From contig OZ024742.1 of NCBI GenBank assembly GCA_964016885.1, forward strand, positions 123,876,001 to 123,940,000: 64,000 nt of DNA, in the 5' to 3' direction. The first letter of the stretch is position 1, and each line of letters begins with the position of its first letter. A program made the position numbers and the translations under genes. Shown here in pieces: positions 14,876 through 29,435 of the stretch. Below the pieces are notes generated by a model. It saw only the letters and a program-made list of their open reading frames with translations, did not search any database and had not been told where the DNA came from. Source of the stretch: Eledone cirrhosa (Eukaryota).

Positions 14876-15434
14876 GGGTATCAAAAAATAAATATGGTAT
14901 TTATAGGTCTTTACAAGTGGTAGGAGAGGGTGGGGAGTGGGATGGGTGTAGGTCATTGGTTGATAGAAAAGGGAATTCATTAAAAGCTAATTCTACAAAG
15001 CTATAGTTTATTTTTTATTAATTTTTGTTTTTAGAGTAACAAAGGCAGACAGAATTCTATAAACAGGTTCCGGATGGCATACCATTCCTTGTCATTAAGT
15101 TTCTCTTAAGCTAACAGATGTCTATAAGATCAGTGGGGGGTCAGTCATGGTAGATAGAATTAAAGGAAAGGGAGATTCTTTAAGAGCTAAATTCATTAAG
15201 GTTCTACTAAGTGACAAAGGTTTAGAGAATTCTGTAGACAGATTCAAAATACTGAGTGCATATCTTACAATTATCTTCGAACTTCTCTTAAACTAATCAG
15301 CTATATGCCAAAAATCAACAGACACATTCACAAAAAAACACACTCACTTACACACTCGCGCGCAACCATAAACACACATACACATACACATATACACACA
15401 TAAAACCACACACACATATATATATAAATATGTC

Positions 15435-15506
<72 letters not shown>

Positions 15507-15647
15507 CACACAAATATACATGTGTATACAAATACACATATATACACTTATATATATACACACATATATATATATATATATAAATACATATATATACACA
15601 CATATATACATATATATATATATACATATACACACACATACACACAA

Positions 15648-15690
<43 letters not shown>

Positions 15691-15739
15691 AACAAATATA
15701 TACATATACATACACACACACACACACACACATACATAC

Positions 15740-15786
<47 letters not shown>

Positions 15787-15813
15787 TATATAAGGAAAAA
15801 GCACCATACAAAC

Positions 15814-15848
<35 letters not shown>

Positions 15849-15867
15849 TACACCATTCATACATATA

Positions 15868-15931
<64 letters not shown>

Positions 15932-15980
15932 CACACACACATACATATATACACAAATACATACACATATATACACACAT

Positions 15981-16047
<67 letters not shown>

Positions 16048-16444
16048 AATATACATATACACATATATATACACATACACACACACACAATATATATACA
16101 CATATATACATATACACACACACACACATACATACACACATACACACATACATACATACATACATATACAAATATATATACAAATATACATAAACACACA
16201 CACACACATATACACATATATACACACGCACACACACACACATACACATGCATATATATAAATATATATATATATATATCCCTATATATATACATATATA
16301 CACATACATACACAGACATATACATAAATATACACATATATACAAACATATATACGCATATATACACACATATATACATATATATACACGCATACACACA
16401 TACACACACACACAAATATATACACACACTCTCTCTCTCTCACG

Positions 16445-16550
<106 letters not shown>

Positions 16551-16597
16551 TATATACACACCTGCACACACACACATATATATACACACACACACAT

Positions 16598-16654
<57 letters not shown>

Positions 16655-16701
16655 CATATACATATATACACACATACACATACACATACATACACATATA
16701 T

Positions 16702-16756
<55 letters not shown>

Positions 16757-17904
16757 TATACATATATACATACACATACATACATAAATATACACACATA
16801 AAACACATATACACACATACATATATATATATACATACACATACATATACACACATACACACAAATATATACACATACAAAAAAATAAGTACTCAATAAA
16901 TATACGCATATACGCAGGCACATAAAAACACCTCTACAGGCAGAAAATGTAGATAGGAAAGAGGTACTCACATAACCATAGTGGCCGTATTTCAGTTTGA
17001 GGAGGGGTGGGGTTGGGTGGGAAGGAGGTATAGGGGCCAATAAGGGGAGGTCGTTTTTAGCCATCGGGCTTTAACACTGGCTTAAATTGTTTGAAAGTTG
17101 CAAAGTTCTTGTGCATGCAGTTCGGGCAGTGTTCAGAGAGTTTTTTTCAATAGCGGGCCCTTGGCGAATAACATTTCGTAGCTCTCTGAAATACAAAGGT
17201 CGCAGCCCTTGTGTCCTCCGTTGTAAGAGCGCGCTCTCTGGAGTATTTTCCATTTAAGCGTGAAAGGGGTGGAATTCTTTTTGAGGTCCCAAACGTAGGA
17301 GGCGAGTGTTGTCTGATTTGATTTGTCCGGTCTTCTGAAGGAGCGTGTATGGGCATACCAACGGGTCTTAAAGTTGTTGGAGGTCATGCCGATGTAAGTT
17401 TTTTTGCAATCCTCGGTGCCTGAGATGACATCGCATTTGTATACGATATCATTTGTGAGGCATTTGTTTTCAAGTGGGCATGCTTCCTTATTTAGGCAAT
17501 TACATAGAGCCCCAGTCCGGGGATTGGGTTCGGAGGTGGTTGGCTTATTTAATTTTTTAGAATTGTGGTTGGCTATATTCCTAGCTAGGTTAGGTGTGGT
17601 GGAGTAAGACAGTCTTATTGTGTTCTTATTAAAGATGGTGTGGTACCTATGTTGTATGGGGAAGTGTAATTTCAGCAAAGTGAAGAAAATCCTAGCTAAA
17701 AGACCCCGCACTTTACCCTGAAGGACCATAAGGGAAACTTCCTCAACAAACCATCAGTCAGACTTATCTATATATATATGTGTATGTGTATATATGTGTA
17801 TTTGTATACACATGTATATTTGTGTGTATGTATGTATGTGTGTGAGTGTATATATATGTGTATATATGTGTGTGTGTATGTGTGTGTATATATATGTATG
17901 TGTG

Positions 17905-18063
<159 letters not shown>

Positions 18064-18601
18064 GTGTGTGTGTTTTTATGTGTGTATATGTGTATGTGTA
18101 TGTGTGTTTATGGTTGCGCGCGAGTGTGTGAGTGAGTGTGTTTTTTTGTGAACGTGTCTGTTGAATTTTGGCATATAGTTGATTAGTTTAAGAGAAGTTC
18201 GAAGATAATTGTAAGATATGCACTCAGTATTTTGAATATGTCTACAGAATTCTCTAAACCTTTGTCACTTAGTAGAACCTTAATGAACTTAGCTCTTAAA
18301 GAATCTCCCTTTCCTTTAATTCTATCCACCATGACTGACCCCCACTGATCTTATAGACATCTGTTAGCTTAAGAGAAACTTAATGACAAGGAATGGTATG
18401 CCATCCGGAACCTGTTTATAGTATTATGTCTGCCTTTGTTACTCTAAAAACAAAAATTAATAAAAATAAACTATAGCTTTATAGAATTAGCTTTTAATGA
18501 ATTCCCTTTTCTATCAACCAATGACCTATACCCATCCCACTACCCACCCTCTCCTACCACTTGTAGAGACCTATAAATACCATATTTATTTTTTGATACC
18601 C

Positions 18602-18652
18602 AGATTCCTGATGATTTCTAAAGAATGAAACAGTTCTAGTCCTGTAGAATCT
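18602..18652 (+). ncRNA. Type-I hammerhead ribozyme (inverted copy, sense to host gene)
   Basis: Identical to 14825-14875 on the opposite strand. Confidence 0.88.
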
Positions 18653-18694
18653 CATCTATATTAAAACTTATATATATATATATATATATATATA

Positions 18695-18882
18695 ACGAAG
18701 GAAATGTGGTAAGGAACCAGGTGGACCATAACGCACCAGAGTACTCAATACTTAGGGTAGTAGAGTGGGTAATACGAACGAGTAGGACCCCGGTGGCTGA
18801 GCTGAAGCCGTTTCGACGGCTAATTCTCTCCAGAATTAGCCGTCGAAACGGCTTCAGCTCAGCCGTCGGGGTCCTACTCGTT

Positions 18883-18885
<3 letters not shown>
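18695..18885. repeat. Fold-back element with 3' half hammerhead
   Basis: Near-perfect hairpin 18776-18884 centred at ~18830. Arm reads GAAAC GGC..GCC GUC. Bounded by (TA)n. Confidence 0.8.
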
Positions 18886-18923
<38 letters not shown>

Positions 18924-19054
18924 TTAGGGTAAATATTGATGCAATTCAATTCAAGCACTCAACGTACTTATTCCACATAGGAGTGACGGAGTAAATATCG
19001 AATAAGGAAAAGCGAAGTAGTTTCAGATGATGTTCAAGTCTTTCAATAATAATT

Positions 19055-19126
19055 CTGTGATATATATTTCAATGGCGACACTGGCCACACTGTTCCGTGC
19101 GCCAGTGTCGCGACATCGTCAGACAG
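19055..19126 (-). ncRNA. Type-I hammerhead ribozyme with long stem II
   Basis: CUGU CUGACGA ..GCGACACUGGC..GCCAGUGUCGC.. GAAA UAUAUA UC ACAG. Confidence 0.82.
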
Positions 19127-19390
19127 CTTGTTACATAATAAGGTTATATTTCCGAGGCAATCCAAATTGAATCGACATGGAACGGACGAAGTGTTCTTCA
19201 TCCGTTCCCTTGTGAGTACCAATTCACCCCCACCGGTCTGCGCAGGCGCAGGTCCGAAGGAAGTAGACCATTAGCTACCGCAGATTAAAATCAAAATTCA
19301 ATTTGGATTGCCTCCGAAACATAACCCTATTATGTAACAATCTGTCTGACGATGTCGCGACACTGGCGCACGGCATTATTATTAAAAGAC

Positions 19391-19479
19391 TTTCATCGTT
19401 ACGGAATCGATAAAATAAAGTACCAGTAATGCACTGGGTACTTGCTGGCCTTGTGCCTAAAGTAGAAACAATTATTATT
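19391..19479 (+). mobile_element. 5'-truncated SINE with target-site duplication
   Basis: attattattaaaagactt occurs on both sides (19375-19392 and 19471-19488). Confidence 0.8.
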
Positions 19480-19685
19480 AAAAGACTTGAACACCTGAAA
19501 CTACTTCGCTTTTCCCTATTCTATATATATATATATATATATCCATAAGAGAGAGAGAGAGAGAGAGAGAGAGTGAGTGAGAGAGAGAGAGAGTGTCAGA
19601 GCAAGGTTATTCGCTCCCACTTTCCCCGGTAAATTCTGCCCTGCAGGTATTACCAGTCCTAAGAACATTCATAAACAGAAAATAT

Positions 19686-19868
19686 TAATTGTTTCTACTT
19701 TTGGCACAAGGCCAGCAATTATCCCAGTGTATTACTAGTACTTTATTTTATCGACCACGTAAGGATAAAAGGCAAAGTTAACCTCGCGGGATTTGAACTC
19801 AGAACATAAAGGGCCGTAACTCTTTGTTCCAAAGCATGGCGTCCGACCCTCTACCGATACTGCCAATC
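19686..19868 (-). mobile_element. SINE copy
   Basis: Reverse complement of the 6803 family. Confidence 0.85.
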
Positions 19869-21010
19869 CAATGATATAAACTTTGGATGAAAATGAATGT
19901 GCATAGTGCATGTATATATGATAACGACTGGACAGATTATTTAGGGAAAGGTGTATATTTTTGCATCCCAAAGGATTTATATTGAGTACCAAGATAGGAG
20001 ACATAATGTATTGTAGAATATCTACCAATTCTAATCAAAAATCTTTGAGTACATGGAGGTTTCAAAAAGATTCAAGAACAAATCATCCTAGCGGCTTTAC
20101 AGCTTCCCTTCCTTTCCAGTTTTTCTTTATATTTCTGTATGATATTTTGCTCACGCTGGCCATTCTTATTTAATCATTTTATTTTATTTTATTTCTCTTT
20201 AAATTTAAATTTCTATTTTTATATTACCTTTTATTTCTCAACTCTAAGAACTACTAGATACTTTCCCTAGTCCCTCATAGGTTACATGTTATATTCGAAT
20301 ATTTAAATTGATTAAATAAATAAATAAATGAACGTGCGAAGATTAGAATCCTAAGTAATGTCGTGAAACATTGACATAATCTTAACACGATCAATAACAT
20401 CTCCGTGACTCTATTCCTGCTTAGAGAACTGAAACAAAATTCGCGATTGCAGTTTTAATGCTGAACTTGGATTTAATCAGAAAATAAAATGTTGTATTGC
20501 AATATAAGTGTCAAGGACAATATAAATGCCCCATAAAATAGTTAGAAATGTTTATATTAGCGTTTATATTGAAGAAAGACATTTTGTAAATGTAAATCAA
20601 TTTATTATACGTAGTATTACTGCATCCCAATATATATAGCAAGGGAAATACAAGACACCCAGCTAGAATTTGAAGTTGGACATGTAAAGCAGCAAAGAAA
20701 ATATCTTAACCTTCATTCCAATCATAATTAAGTTGTAAATATGCTTGCAGTTATGAACACATATACACACGCATATCTATATAAGTATCTATGTACTTTG
20801 AACCGTTTTTGTTTTACATTTGAAAAGTGAGTTATAGAAATGAAATATGATGTTGTTTTGTTTTATCTGTCATCCTTTGCCCTGTATATATTTCTATCGC
20901 ATTGTACCGACTCTCCGAAATTTAGAAATGTATTGCATATCTCTCAATGCCACAAAACGTTGTATTTCCTATACTAATATATATATACATGTATAAAAGG
21001 GGTAATAATA

Positions 21011-21193
21011 ATAATTGTTTCTACTTTAGGCACAAGGCCAGCAATTACCCAGTGCATTACTGGTACTTTATTTTATCGACCCCGTAAGGATGAAAGGCAA
21101 CGTGAACCTCGGCGGGATTTGAACTCAGATCGCAAAGGGACGTAACTATGCTGGAAAGCATGGCGTCAGACCCTCTACCGATACTGCCAATCC
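21011..21193 (-). mobile_element. SINE copy
   Basis: Reverse complement of the 6803 family with (TTA)n tail. Confidence 0.88.
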
Positions 21194-22223
21194 GAATAAT
21201 AATATCAGTAATAAATGGAGTATTAAAAGCGCTTCAACGGATGGGTATGAGCTCAATGCAATGGGCTTCACGCAAAGCAATTATATACTAATTTAAAATG
21301 CACCGAAGATTCAAGGCATTGTCAAACTGACATATCTTTATATCAGCCTAAACTCACCCTAGGTTTATATAATTATAATTCCAAAATATTAGAACTCAAA
21401 TGGAGTTTTAAAATTTCAAATTTTAAAACTCCATTTATAATAATATTATTATTATTACCATCAAGTTATAAAACAATAACATTTTGAACGTAGAGTGAAT
21501 TTAGGCTGGCAGAAACATGTCAGATTTGAAATTAGCATATATATATATATATATTTATATACATATATATTTATATATTGAATGCATCGAAGACTATGTG
21601 CAATTGCATGTAGGTTTGTTTTCACATCCGGGGATATAGATTTCGTTGGGGTCGACGTCAAGGTAGTACCCACTTTTACTTCGATATCGAAGCTACCCAT
21701 ATGTTTATAGTATATAAATATATGATATATGTTTATATGATATGATATTTAATACTTCATAAAATACAATTATATAAGTCTTCTAAAATTAACTTTTGTT
21801 TCAAATGGTGTTGTTCCTTAGATTGCATTCTTGACGCTTTTATCCTTCCTCCTCGTGTAATGTCTATTCAGTATTCATCATCCCGCTACTGGCAATTACA
21901 TTCAGACTTAAATCTCATTGTATATATTGAATATAATAAAATTCGTATGACAAATTAGTCAAATTCCTCCTAAAATATCTTATTATTATCAGGCATTGTT
22001 TTTTTTTCGCGTAGCGCCGTCGTGTATTAGTAATTATTTTATTCTCAGCCTTCTGATGTTATTGTAATATGTGTATGATAAAGTAAACATTTGATATGTT
22101 GGGAGACAACGAATGGCTGCATAGCAAATCATTTATAAGTTTTAGCATGTGTAACAATGTATACGATCTACGACTATAGAATCAAAGCATACGAAAATAT
22201 GTTAATCAACATTATGAGTTGTA

Positions 22224-22396
22224 TTGGCAGTATCGGTAGAGGGTCGGACGCCATGCTTTGACGCATAGAGTTACGGCCCTTGAGTTCAAATCCCGCCAAT
22301 GTTAACTTTGACTTTCATCCTTACGTGGTCGATAAAATAAAGTACCAGTAATGCACTGGGTAATTGCTGGCCTTGTGCCTAACGTAGAAGCAATTA
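22224..22396 (+). mobile_element. SINE copy
   Basis: Aligns with the 6803 family. Confidence 0.85.
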
Positions 22397-23689
22397 TGAG
22401 TGAACTGTGCGTTTTCCATGACATGCAGCTACACTAAAATTTTAGACATCTGCAAAATATATTTTTGTAATATAACATGTAGCTGCGTGAAGAAATATTC
22501 CATTATATATTATCAAGAAAAGTTAGGTTGTAAGATGAAGGCTTTCAAATATTAAAAGAATATTCAAAGCTGGATGCTTCAATATAAAGTAATGAAAGAG
22601 ATATTTATTTAGTGTGTGGTCGTTGTTTGGCAAGTAGAATATGAAATATTTATTGAAATTTAAGGAAAACTAATGCAAAACACGTATGCTTTCCACTATG
22701 TTCACATACTAGTCAGCATTAAATGATAGAACAGCATAAGGTTTGTTATAACATTCTGGTTAAAAGTAAATATTTTACTTCGTAGATGATTTAAATATAT
22801 GAAACAATATCGACACAGACATATATTCTCTTATGTCCAAACGCAGACATATAATATACAAATACTTACACAAATATCGTGTGATGCACAATACTATTCA
22901 TATACAAATGTAAAATTAAAAACGTACTACATTGGTGCAGTGCAGAAGAATATATTCAAGTCAGCCAAGTTAATGCCATATCATCACAGGGAAAGGGAAA
23001 GCAAATTGAATAAGGGTGGAATGTAAACTAAAACTATAATTATTTCAGAAGGTAAGTGGTAAGTGGAAAATATGCAGAAATAATCTGTAGCTGGGCTAAT
23101 TCTATTCAGTCTATCATATTTAGATATCATATTTAGACATACATATAAAACACACACGGAGTGCATGCGTCAGTATAGACATTTCAAATTGATGAAGATA
23201 TTTGGTATCGTTTTCAATATAAAGATTGCTCTAGTATGCTGAACATAGGCTCGCGAGGCTTTCGGAGATATAATACCCTCTTAGAATAAACGTAAGGATA
23301 TTGAAATAGTTGGTGATACTGTCTCAATAAACTTTCAAATGAAAATCTACTATCGTACTTTAGGTATAATATCATATCTATAAAGTAATCTCTATCAAAT
23401 ATGAACGCATATACGGTGGACGAAGCATACGTGTGCGCATTCTTATAGGCGCACGCATCTAGCAGGTTAGCCTCTATTTCACCCTGCACTGTCCTCCTCG
23501 CCTACGTTTCTGGACACTTCCGCATATCGATTGCGTTACTTATTTCTACCCGATTGTTACCTCCACTCATATAACTAATATAATATATAATACACGAGAC
23601 AGCTTGGTAAACAAAATATACAAAGTGGTTGACTAACTAGACACTTTCGTTCTTGAATTTTTTTCCGTATGCTTTGTCTTCGTACTCTC

Positions 23690-23762
<73 letters not shown>

Positions 23763-23830
23763 ATCTATCTCTCTCTCTTTCTATCTATATCCATCTCTTT
23801 CTTTCTCTCTCTCTCTCTCTCTTTCTCTCC

Positions 23831-23868
<38 letters not shown>

Positions 23869-24136
23869 TGTATATATATATATATCATATATATATATCT
23901 TTCCCCGAAGAATGTCTAACGACCAGCAAGTAGAGACACGTTTCTTATTATATCACTAAGATATATAATAATTGTATTGTACTGTACACGCGTGTTATTT
24001 TTTGTTTATTTTCTTAGTGACATTTATGAAATCTATAACTCAAGAAGCTGCTGGTATTATGTTATTTGAAGCTTTTAACCACGAATTATGATAAAATAAC
24101 TCGAAAAATCTTAGGAACCCAAATTATCACAAATTA

Positions 24137-24210
<74 letters not shown>

Positions 24211-24317
24211 AAGAGTGAAGAATAACATGGATCGGCTGTACAAAAAGGCTTTATATATATATATATATATATATTTGTGTGTGGGGGGGGGGTATATGTA
24301 TGTGTGTGTGTGTAGAA

Positions 24318-24682
24318 TAAGGAAATGCAAAGCCTGATAAGGCTGCCATATATATTTCGATGACGACAGCGGCCACGCAATTCCGCGTAGTGCCCAGTGC
24401 CATGATCTCGTCAGATTGCTTCTTACATAATAAGGTTACAATCAGGAGATAATCCAAAGTTCAAGTGACAAGGGAACGACAAACCCCAATTTCATGACGC
24501 GAATGCACGTTCCCTAATTATGTAAGAAGCACGTTCCCCTTATTATGTAAGAAGCTGTCTCATGAAATCATGGCACCGGGTACTACGCGGAGTCGCGTAG
24601 CCATGATCGTCATCGACACATTTTTCACAGCCTTATCAATAAAGGACTTTAACATCCAAACTACTTTCTATTTCTTTATTCT
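24318..24682. mobile_element. Diverged fold-back element with degenerate hammerheads, related to 18998-19522
   Basis: tgataaggctg..cttcttacataataagg mirrored by ccttattatgtaagaag..cagccttatca. Shares ttacataataaggtta and aatccaaa with the 19 kb element. Confidence 0.7.
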
Positions 24683-24840
24683 AAAAATACTACGTCATTC
24701 TTATGTGGGAAAATGTACATTGAGTCCGCGAATTGAATTACATCAATGTTTACTGTTTATATAAATATATGTATATAAATATATATATTTAAATATACAC
24801 ATTATACACAATATATACATTTAAATATATATATTTAAAT

Positions 24841-24875
<35 letters not shown>

Positions 24876-24876
24876 A

Positions 24877-24935
<59 letters not shown>

Positions 24936-24992
24936 CAATAAAATAGCAAAGCATGCTTAGTAAGATTTAATGTTATGGTATTTTCTAATATA

Positions 24993-25322
24993 ATCCCGTA
25001 ACTCCTGGTGGAATCGAGGCGATGCCCTAGAGGCATACAGCGTTTCTGGGGGTATTTTAAGCCTAGCGAAACCTATCCCTCTCCAGGTCTAAACCCAGCA
25101 GATTTTTTCCCAGACAAAATATAGAAAGTGAGATAGAGGAAGTGAGAAAGTGTTATAGAGGAAAATCGACCCCATTACTAGACTAATAGTTTTTTTCGAT
25201 TTCGAAAGTAGGAAAGGCAAAGTTAACATTTTTGGGATTTGAACTCAAAGAGAAGAGAAGTGGAACGAAGGTTACAAAGCATTCTAGCCGAAGTTCTAAC
25301 AACTCTGCTAATTCACCGCCTA
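24993..25322 (-). mobile_element. Old, longer SINE variant (same head and core, different tail)
   Basis: gaaaggcaaagttaac..ggatttgaactc core. Tail tcccgtaac..gaggcg..cgtttct is shared with 27029-27330. Confidence 0.6.
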
Positions 25323-25563
25323 ATTAGATGGAATAAATGGAATAAGATAGAGAAAATAATCAACACATCGGTTCAATGATTTCATACCAGAATAAATACT
25401 AATGTATTTGTGTAAACCAAATTTAGTTTAGATGATCATAGTTATTAAATGCATTAACAATAATTATATACACTATTATATAATTATGCTACGAATAAGT
25501 ATTCGTAATGTACTAAATTCCTAATAATTGACTGCAGGACAACGGTCATTATAATAAACATAC

Positions 25564-25603
<40 letters not shown>

Positions 25604-25657
25604 GAAATACATAATATGCATCGTTATCTCTTATTGATAGTTCTTAAAGCAGCATCC

Positions 25658-25727
<70 letters not shown>

Positions 25728-26421
25728 CATATGTGTGTGTGTGTTTGTCTATATGTATGTTTGTATGTATGTTTGTATATATATATATATATATAAATTA
25801 TACAGTAGAGCCACTTTATCCTTCCCTTATAAGAGAGAATCTGCATTAGCTTCGCTTGACTGACAATGAGCTTTCTGTAATGTTATGAAACTATGAATTT
25901 CATATTTGAAATTATTTATTCAAACATACGAAATATGATCAGATTGCATGTGTGCCACTAAAGGTATTCTGTTATTTCGTGTTGTTTATAGAATCCTAAT
26001 ATCTCACACACAGTGTTCAATTTCACTTACTCCTTACAATATTATTATTTCTCAATACAATAGGTTAGTAAGAAGCTTAATAATGAATACCTTTACCGAA
26101 ATATGAGTATGATTCCATCAATAATCATTGAAAGATGGTGCTGTGCCTGTTTGTCAGAAATCAAATGAAAACTGCCAATCATAAAGTTGAAACCGTTAAC
26201 ATATATACAAATAACGCATTCACTTACTCGTGTCAGGCTTTATACATTCTAATATTTAATGTTCTTCAAATAGGTTCTGAATCCAATCGTGTACACTTCC
26301 AAATACAATTTGTATCTCAAGAATGAAACAAATTAAAATGTTCAGAAATAATAATTATTATTAATAATAAATGTTTTTTCACGAATAATAAACAGTACTA
26401 TTGTTTTTTGTATATTTCTAG

Positions 26422-26613
26422 TTATCGGGCACACTTCGAAACGTCGGACATGGGATTGTAATGAACATCAACACTACAAATGCTGATGTTGTGAACATCA
26501 GTGAAGGTCCACTTTCCTACGTATATAGAGCCTACGAAATAAAGCTACGCTATGCTAACAATGACAGTAAAGGCTCAGAACACACTATTAATGGAAATCA
26601 TTTTGTCGGAGAG
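26422..26613 (+). CDS. Exon of an alpha-carbonic anhydrase-related protein (CA10/CA11-like CARP)
   Basis: Acceptor ttctag and donor gttagt. 192 nt, phase 0-0. Translates LSGTLRNVGHGIVMNINTTNADVVNISEGPLSYVYRAYEIKLRYANNDSKGSEHTINGNHFVGE, matching the CARP X pattern SGT.YNTG..VNISGGP..Y..R..EIRLHFG..DS.GSEH..NG..F.GE. Confidence 0.93.
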
Positions 26614-27028
26614 GTTAGTATTTAGCTGTGTAATTTTGTAATAATTACTTACATAAATTATATTGTGCATTGCTCTGGATATGGCGCAAAATAAGAATTA
26701 AAATTAATTAAAAATCTAATTCAAATTGTAAATTGATACTAGCATATTTGCTCATATGTCAAATATTTCATGTAGCTTAAAATTTAGGAATCTATAATAT
26801 TCATTTTACATTATTTAGTGAAAAATACAGCATAACTAATTTCGGTAGTTTGGCGTGGGTGGAGTGGGTTAAACTCTAGAGGGATTGATTATAATGTGTA
26901 TTACATTCAACTCCTTCCATCGCTTCAGAAAATGAAATATGTAAATATTAAAGGCAATTTAATATATCATACTGCTTTACTTGAAATACGGAACCATGAT
27001 CAAACTTAAGGAAACGCTGATGGTATGG

Positions 27029-27330
27029 TCCCGTAACCCCTCATGGAGTAGTAGAGGCGGCGTATTCACATACGGCGTTTCTTGGACAATTTAAGCCGGG
27101 TGAAGCCCATCCCTTTCCAAGCTAAGTACAACAAGTTTATTCCAGAGAATAATAGGTGAAAGAGAGAAAGTGAAAAAAGAGATATAGTGGAAGAATCGAC
27201 CCCAGTACTTGATTGGTATTGTTTGATCAACCTCGAAAAGATGAAATGTAAATTTGACCTCGGTGAGAGAGAGAGAGAGAGAAACGAATACCTCAAAGCA
27301 CTCTATTCGTCGTTCGCCACATTACCCCCT
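27029..27330 (-). mobile_element. Old, longer SINE variant
   Basis: Colinear with 24993-25322. Confidence 0.55.
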
Positions 27331-28599
27331 TCTTACTAGAAGACCAACTGTATGTAGTTATTAAAATGCTCATAGAATTGACATCCTGGAGGTGTTACAT
27401 ATTTCATCAAATGAAGTAAAAATAGGTTTAGAATTTCCGAAATACATTTAGTATATTACTGAAACTTTGTCATTACTGGTATAACCGCAATCGTTTAACT
27501 AACGTCATAGTTAATGGTAGTGAATTCGTAGAATTAAAACAAATGTTAGTTTAAATGTCAATGCAGTATTTGCTCTGGTTCTCGAACATTTTGAGTTCAT
27601 ATGCGCCTGAGGGAAACCTTACCTTTCATTCTTTGGTGTCGATAAAATAATGTACCACTGAAGAACTGTTGTTGTTTTAATCAACGTCGTTGTTCTGAAC
27701 ATTTTGTTGATTTTATGCCTAAATTAGATTTCAATAATTTGATGGAAATTGCTCTCAGTCATATTTGTAATCAAGTTGAAATTATAAATGATGTCGCCAT
27801 ACTTCATATTTATTTATTTATTTAATCAATTGAAATGTCCGTATAGAGATAGTAATCCCTGACAGTTGGGAAACAACAACAAAAAACATCAAGATACACA
27901 GAGATAAGGGAATATATAAATATTTTTTAAAATTCTAAAATAAAATGAAATTAAATAAATATTTAAACAAGGAAGGCCAACGGGATTCTAAATAAGCATA
28001 AAACAGATAAAGGAAATATAGAAAGCTAGAGAAGCTGTAATGTAGCTCGGAAAATATGTTGTTGAATATTTTCGTAAGTGCGAAACTAACATCTATGATT
28101 TATGCCCGTAATACAGCCAATGATACATACTAACGGTTTCCATATACTTTAACCTTAAATGAAATAGAAATGTGATGCTACATTTATAGACAAATAATAT
28201 AGATGCCATTAGACTTTTATCTATTCTTTTAATGGAATCAGTACAACACACGTTTTAGGTTGGTCTCGAATACATTCATAATGAATGGAATACAAATGCC
28301 ATCAATTGATTAGTACTTATTGAATCAACCCCTTAACGAATGAGAGAAAATACCTATCCTTCTGGATTTGAAACCTGAATGGTGCTGACGAAAGACAATA
28401 CTAAATACAGAAATCGTGTAATATTTTGCACATGATATATTACTCAATAAAAGAAAAAAATATATTTTTCATAATGGTCAATAAAAAAAAATACACCCCA
28501 TGCCGGATGTGACAAATTTCATTATGCATTCGTTTTAATCATTTTCTTTCTAACATGATAGTAGTCTAGCCTGTTAATTTTCTCAATAGCAGCTATTAG

Positions 28600-29435
28600 A
28601 AAAGCTCTGTTCATTATTTATATGAACAGAATTGATATGCGCAGATGACATGGTATTACATAACTCAACAGAAAGTGATCTCCAACCACCACTTGATAGA
28701 ATTAATGTCGAGTGCTGCATTGCTGGAAGGAAAATAAAAGCTTTCTAAAACTGAGACACTCGTACTCTCAGGGAATCTTGCACAGTCTACTCTACGTGAG
28801 AATGGAGGTCCACTGAAGCAGGTAGAGGAATTCAAATATCTCGAGGACGTGTTCACGAGGGATGGAAGGAAGGAGGCTGAATACAGTGCAAGAATTTCGG
28901 GAGTTGGTGCAGTAAAGCGCCAGTTTCAGCATTCGGTAATTAGAAGAAGCCTAACTCGCTATCTTTAATTCGATATATCGTGCCCACCCTTTCCTATGGT
29001 CATGAATCGTAGGTAATGGCCGAAAATATACGATCGCGAATACAAGAGACCGAAATGGGCCTCCTCCGAAGGATGTTTGGAGTAACGTTACTCGATAGAA
29101 TGCGTAGTTTGGAGATAGGAGAATCTCTCCAGTTAGAGCCACTACTTCCCCGAATTGAGATATCACAGCTCCGATATTATGGGCATATGGTTAGAATGTC
29201 TAAGGAAAGAATCGCTGGACACATTTTACGGACAAAACCAACCGGCGGGAGACCCAAGGGCACAACCCGAGCAAGATATTTGAATAAAATCCATGCACAT
29301 GGCAGGTCACGCTTGTGTAACCAGCCGGATGAGTTGATGTTTGCTTTTGAAAGGACTCACTGGAATGATCGTTTGTGGGCTTTGCTCCCACGACAATTTC
29401 AGGAGTACGTGGGCGAACAAGAGGACGAAGAATAA
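28600..29435 (+). mobile_element. RTE-clade LINE 3' fragment (decayed)
   Basis: ADD motif at ~28640, LKQVEEFKYL, YGHES, EMGLLRRMFGVT..QLRYYGHMVRM..GGRPKG. Confidence 0.85.

Larger units (their letters stand above)
18998..19522. mobile_element. Non-coding fold-back element with hammerhead, interrupted by a SINE
   Basis: gaataaggaaaagcgaagtagtttcag..gttcaagtc and ccgtgcgccagtgtc..atccaaattgaat are mirrored at 19296-19522. SINE 19391-19479 lies inside the right arm. Confidence 0.82.
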
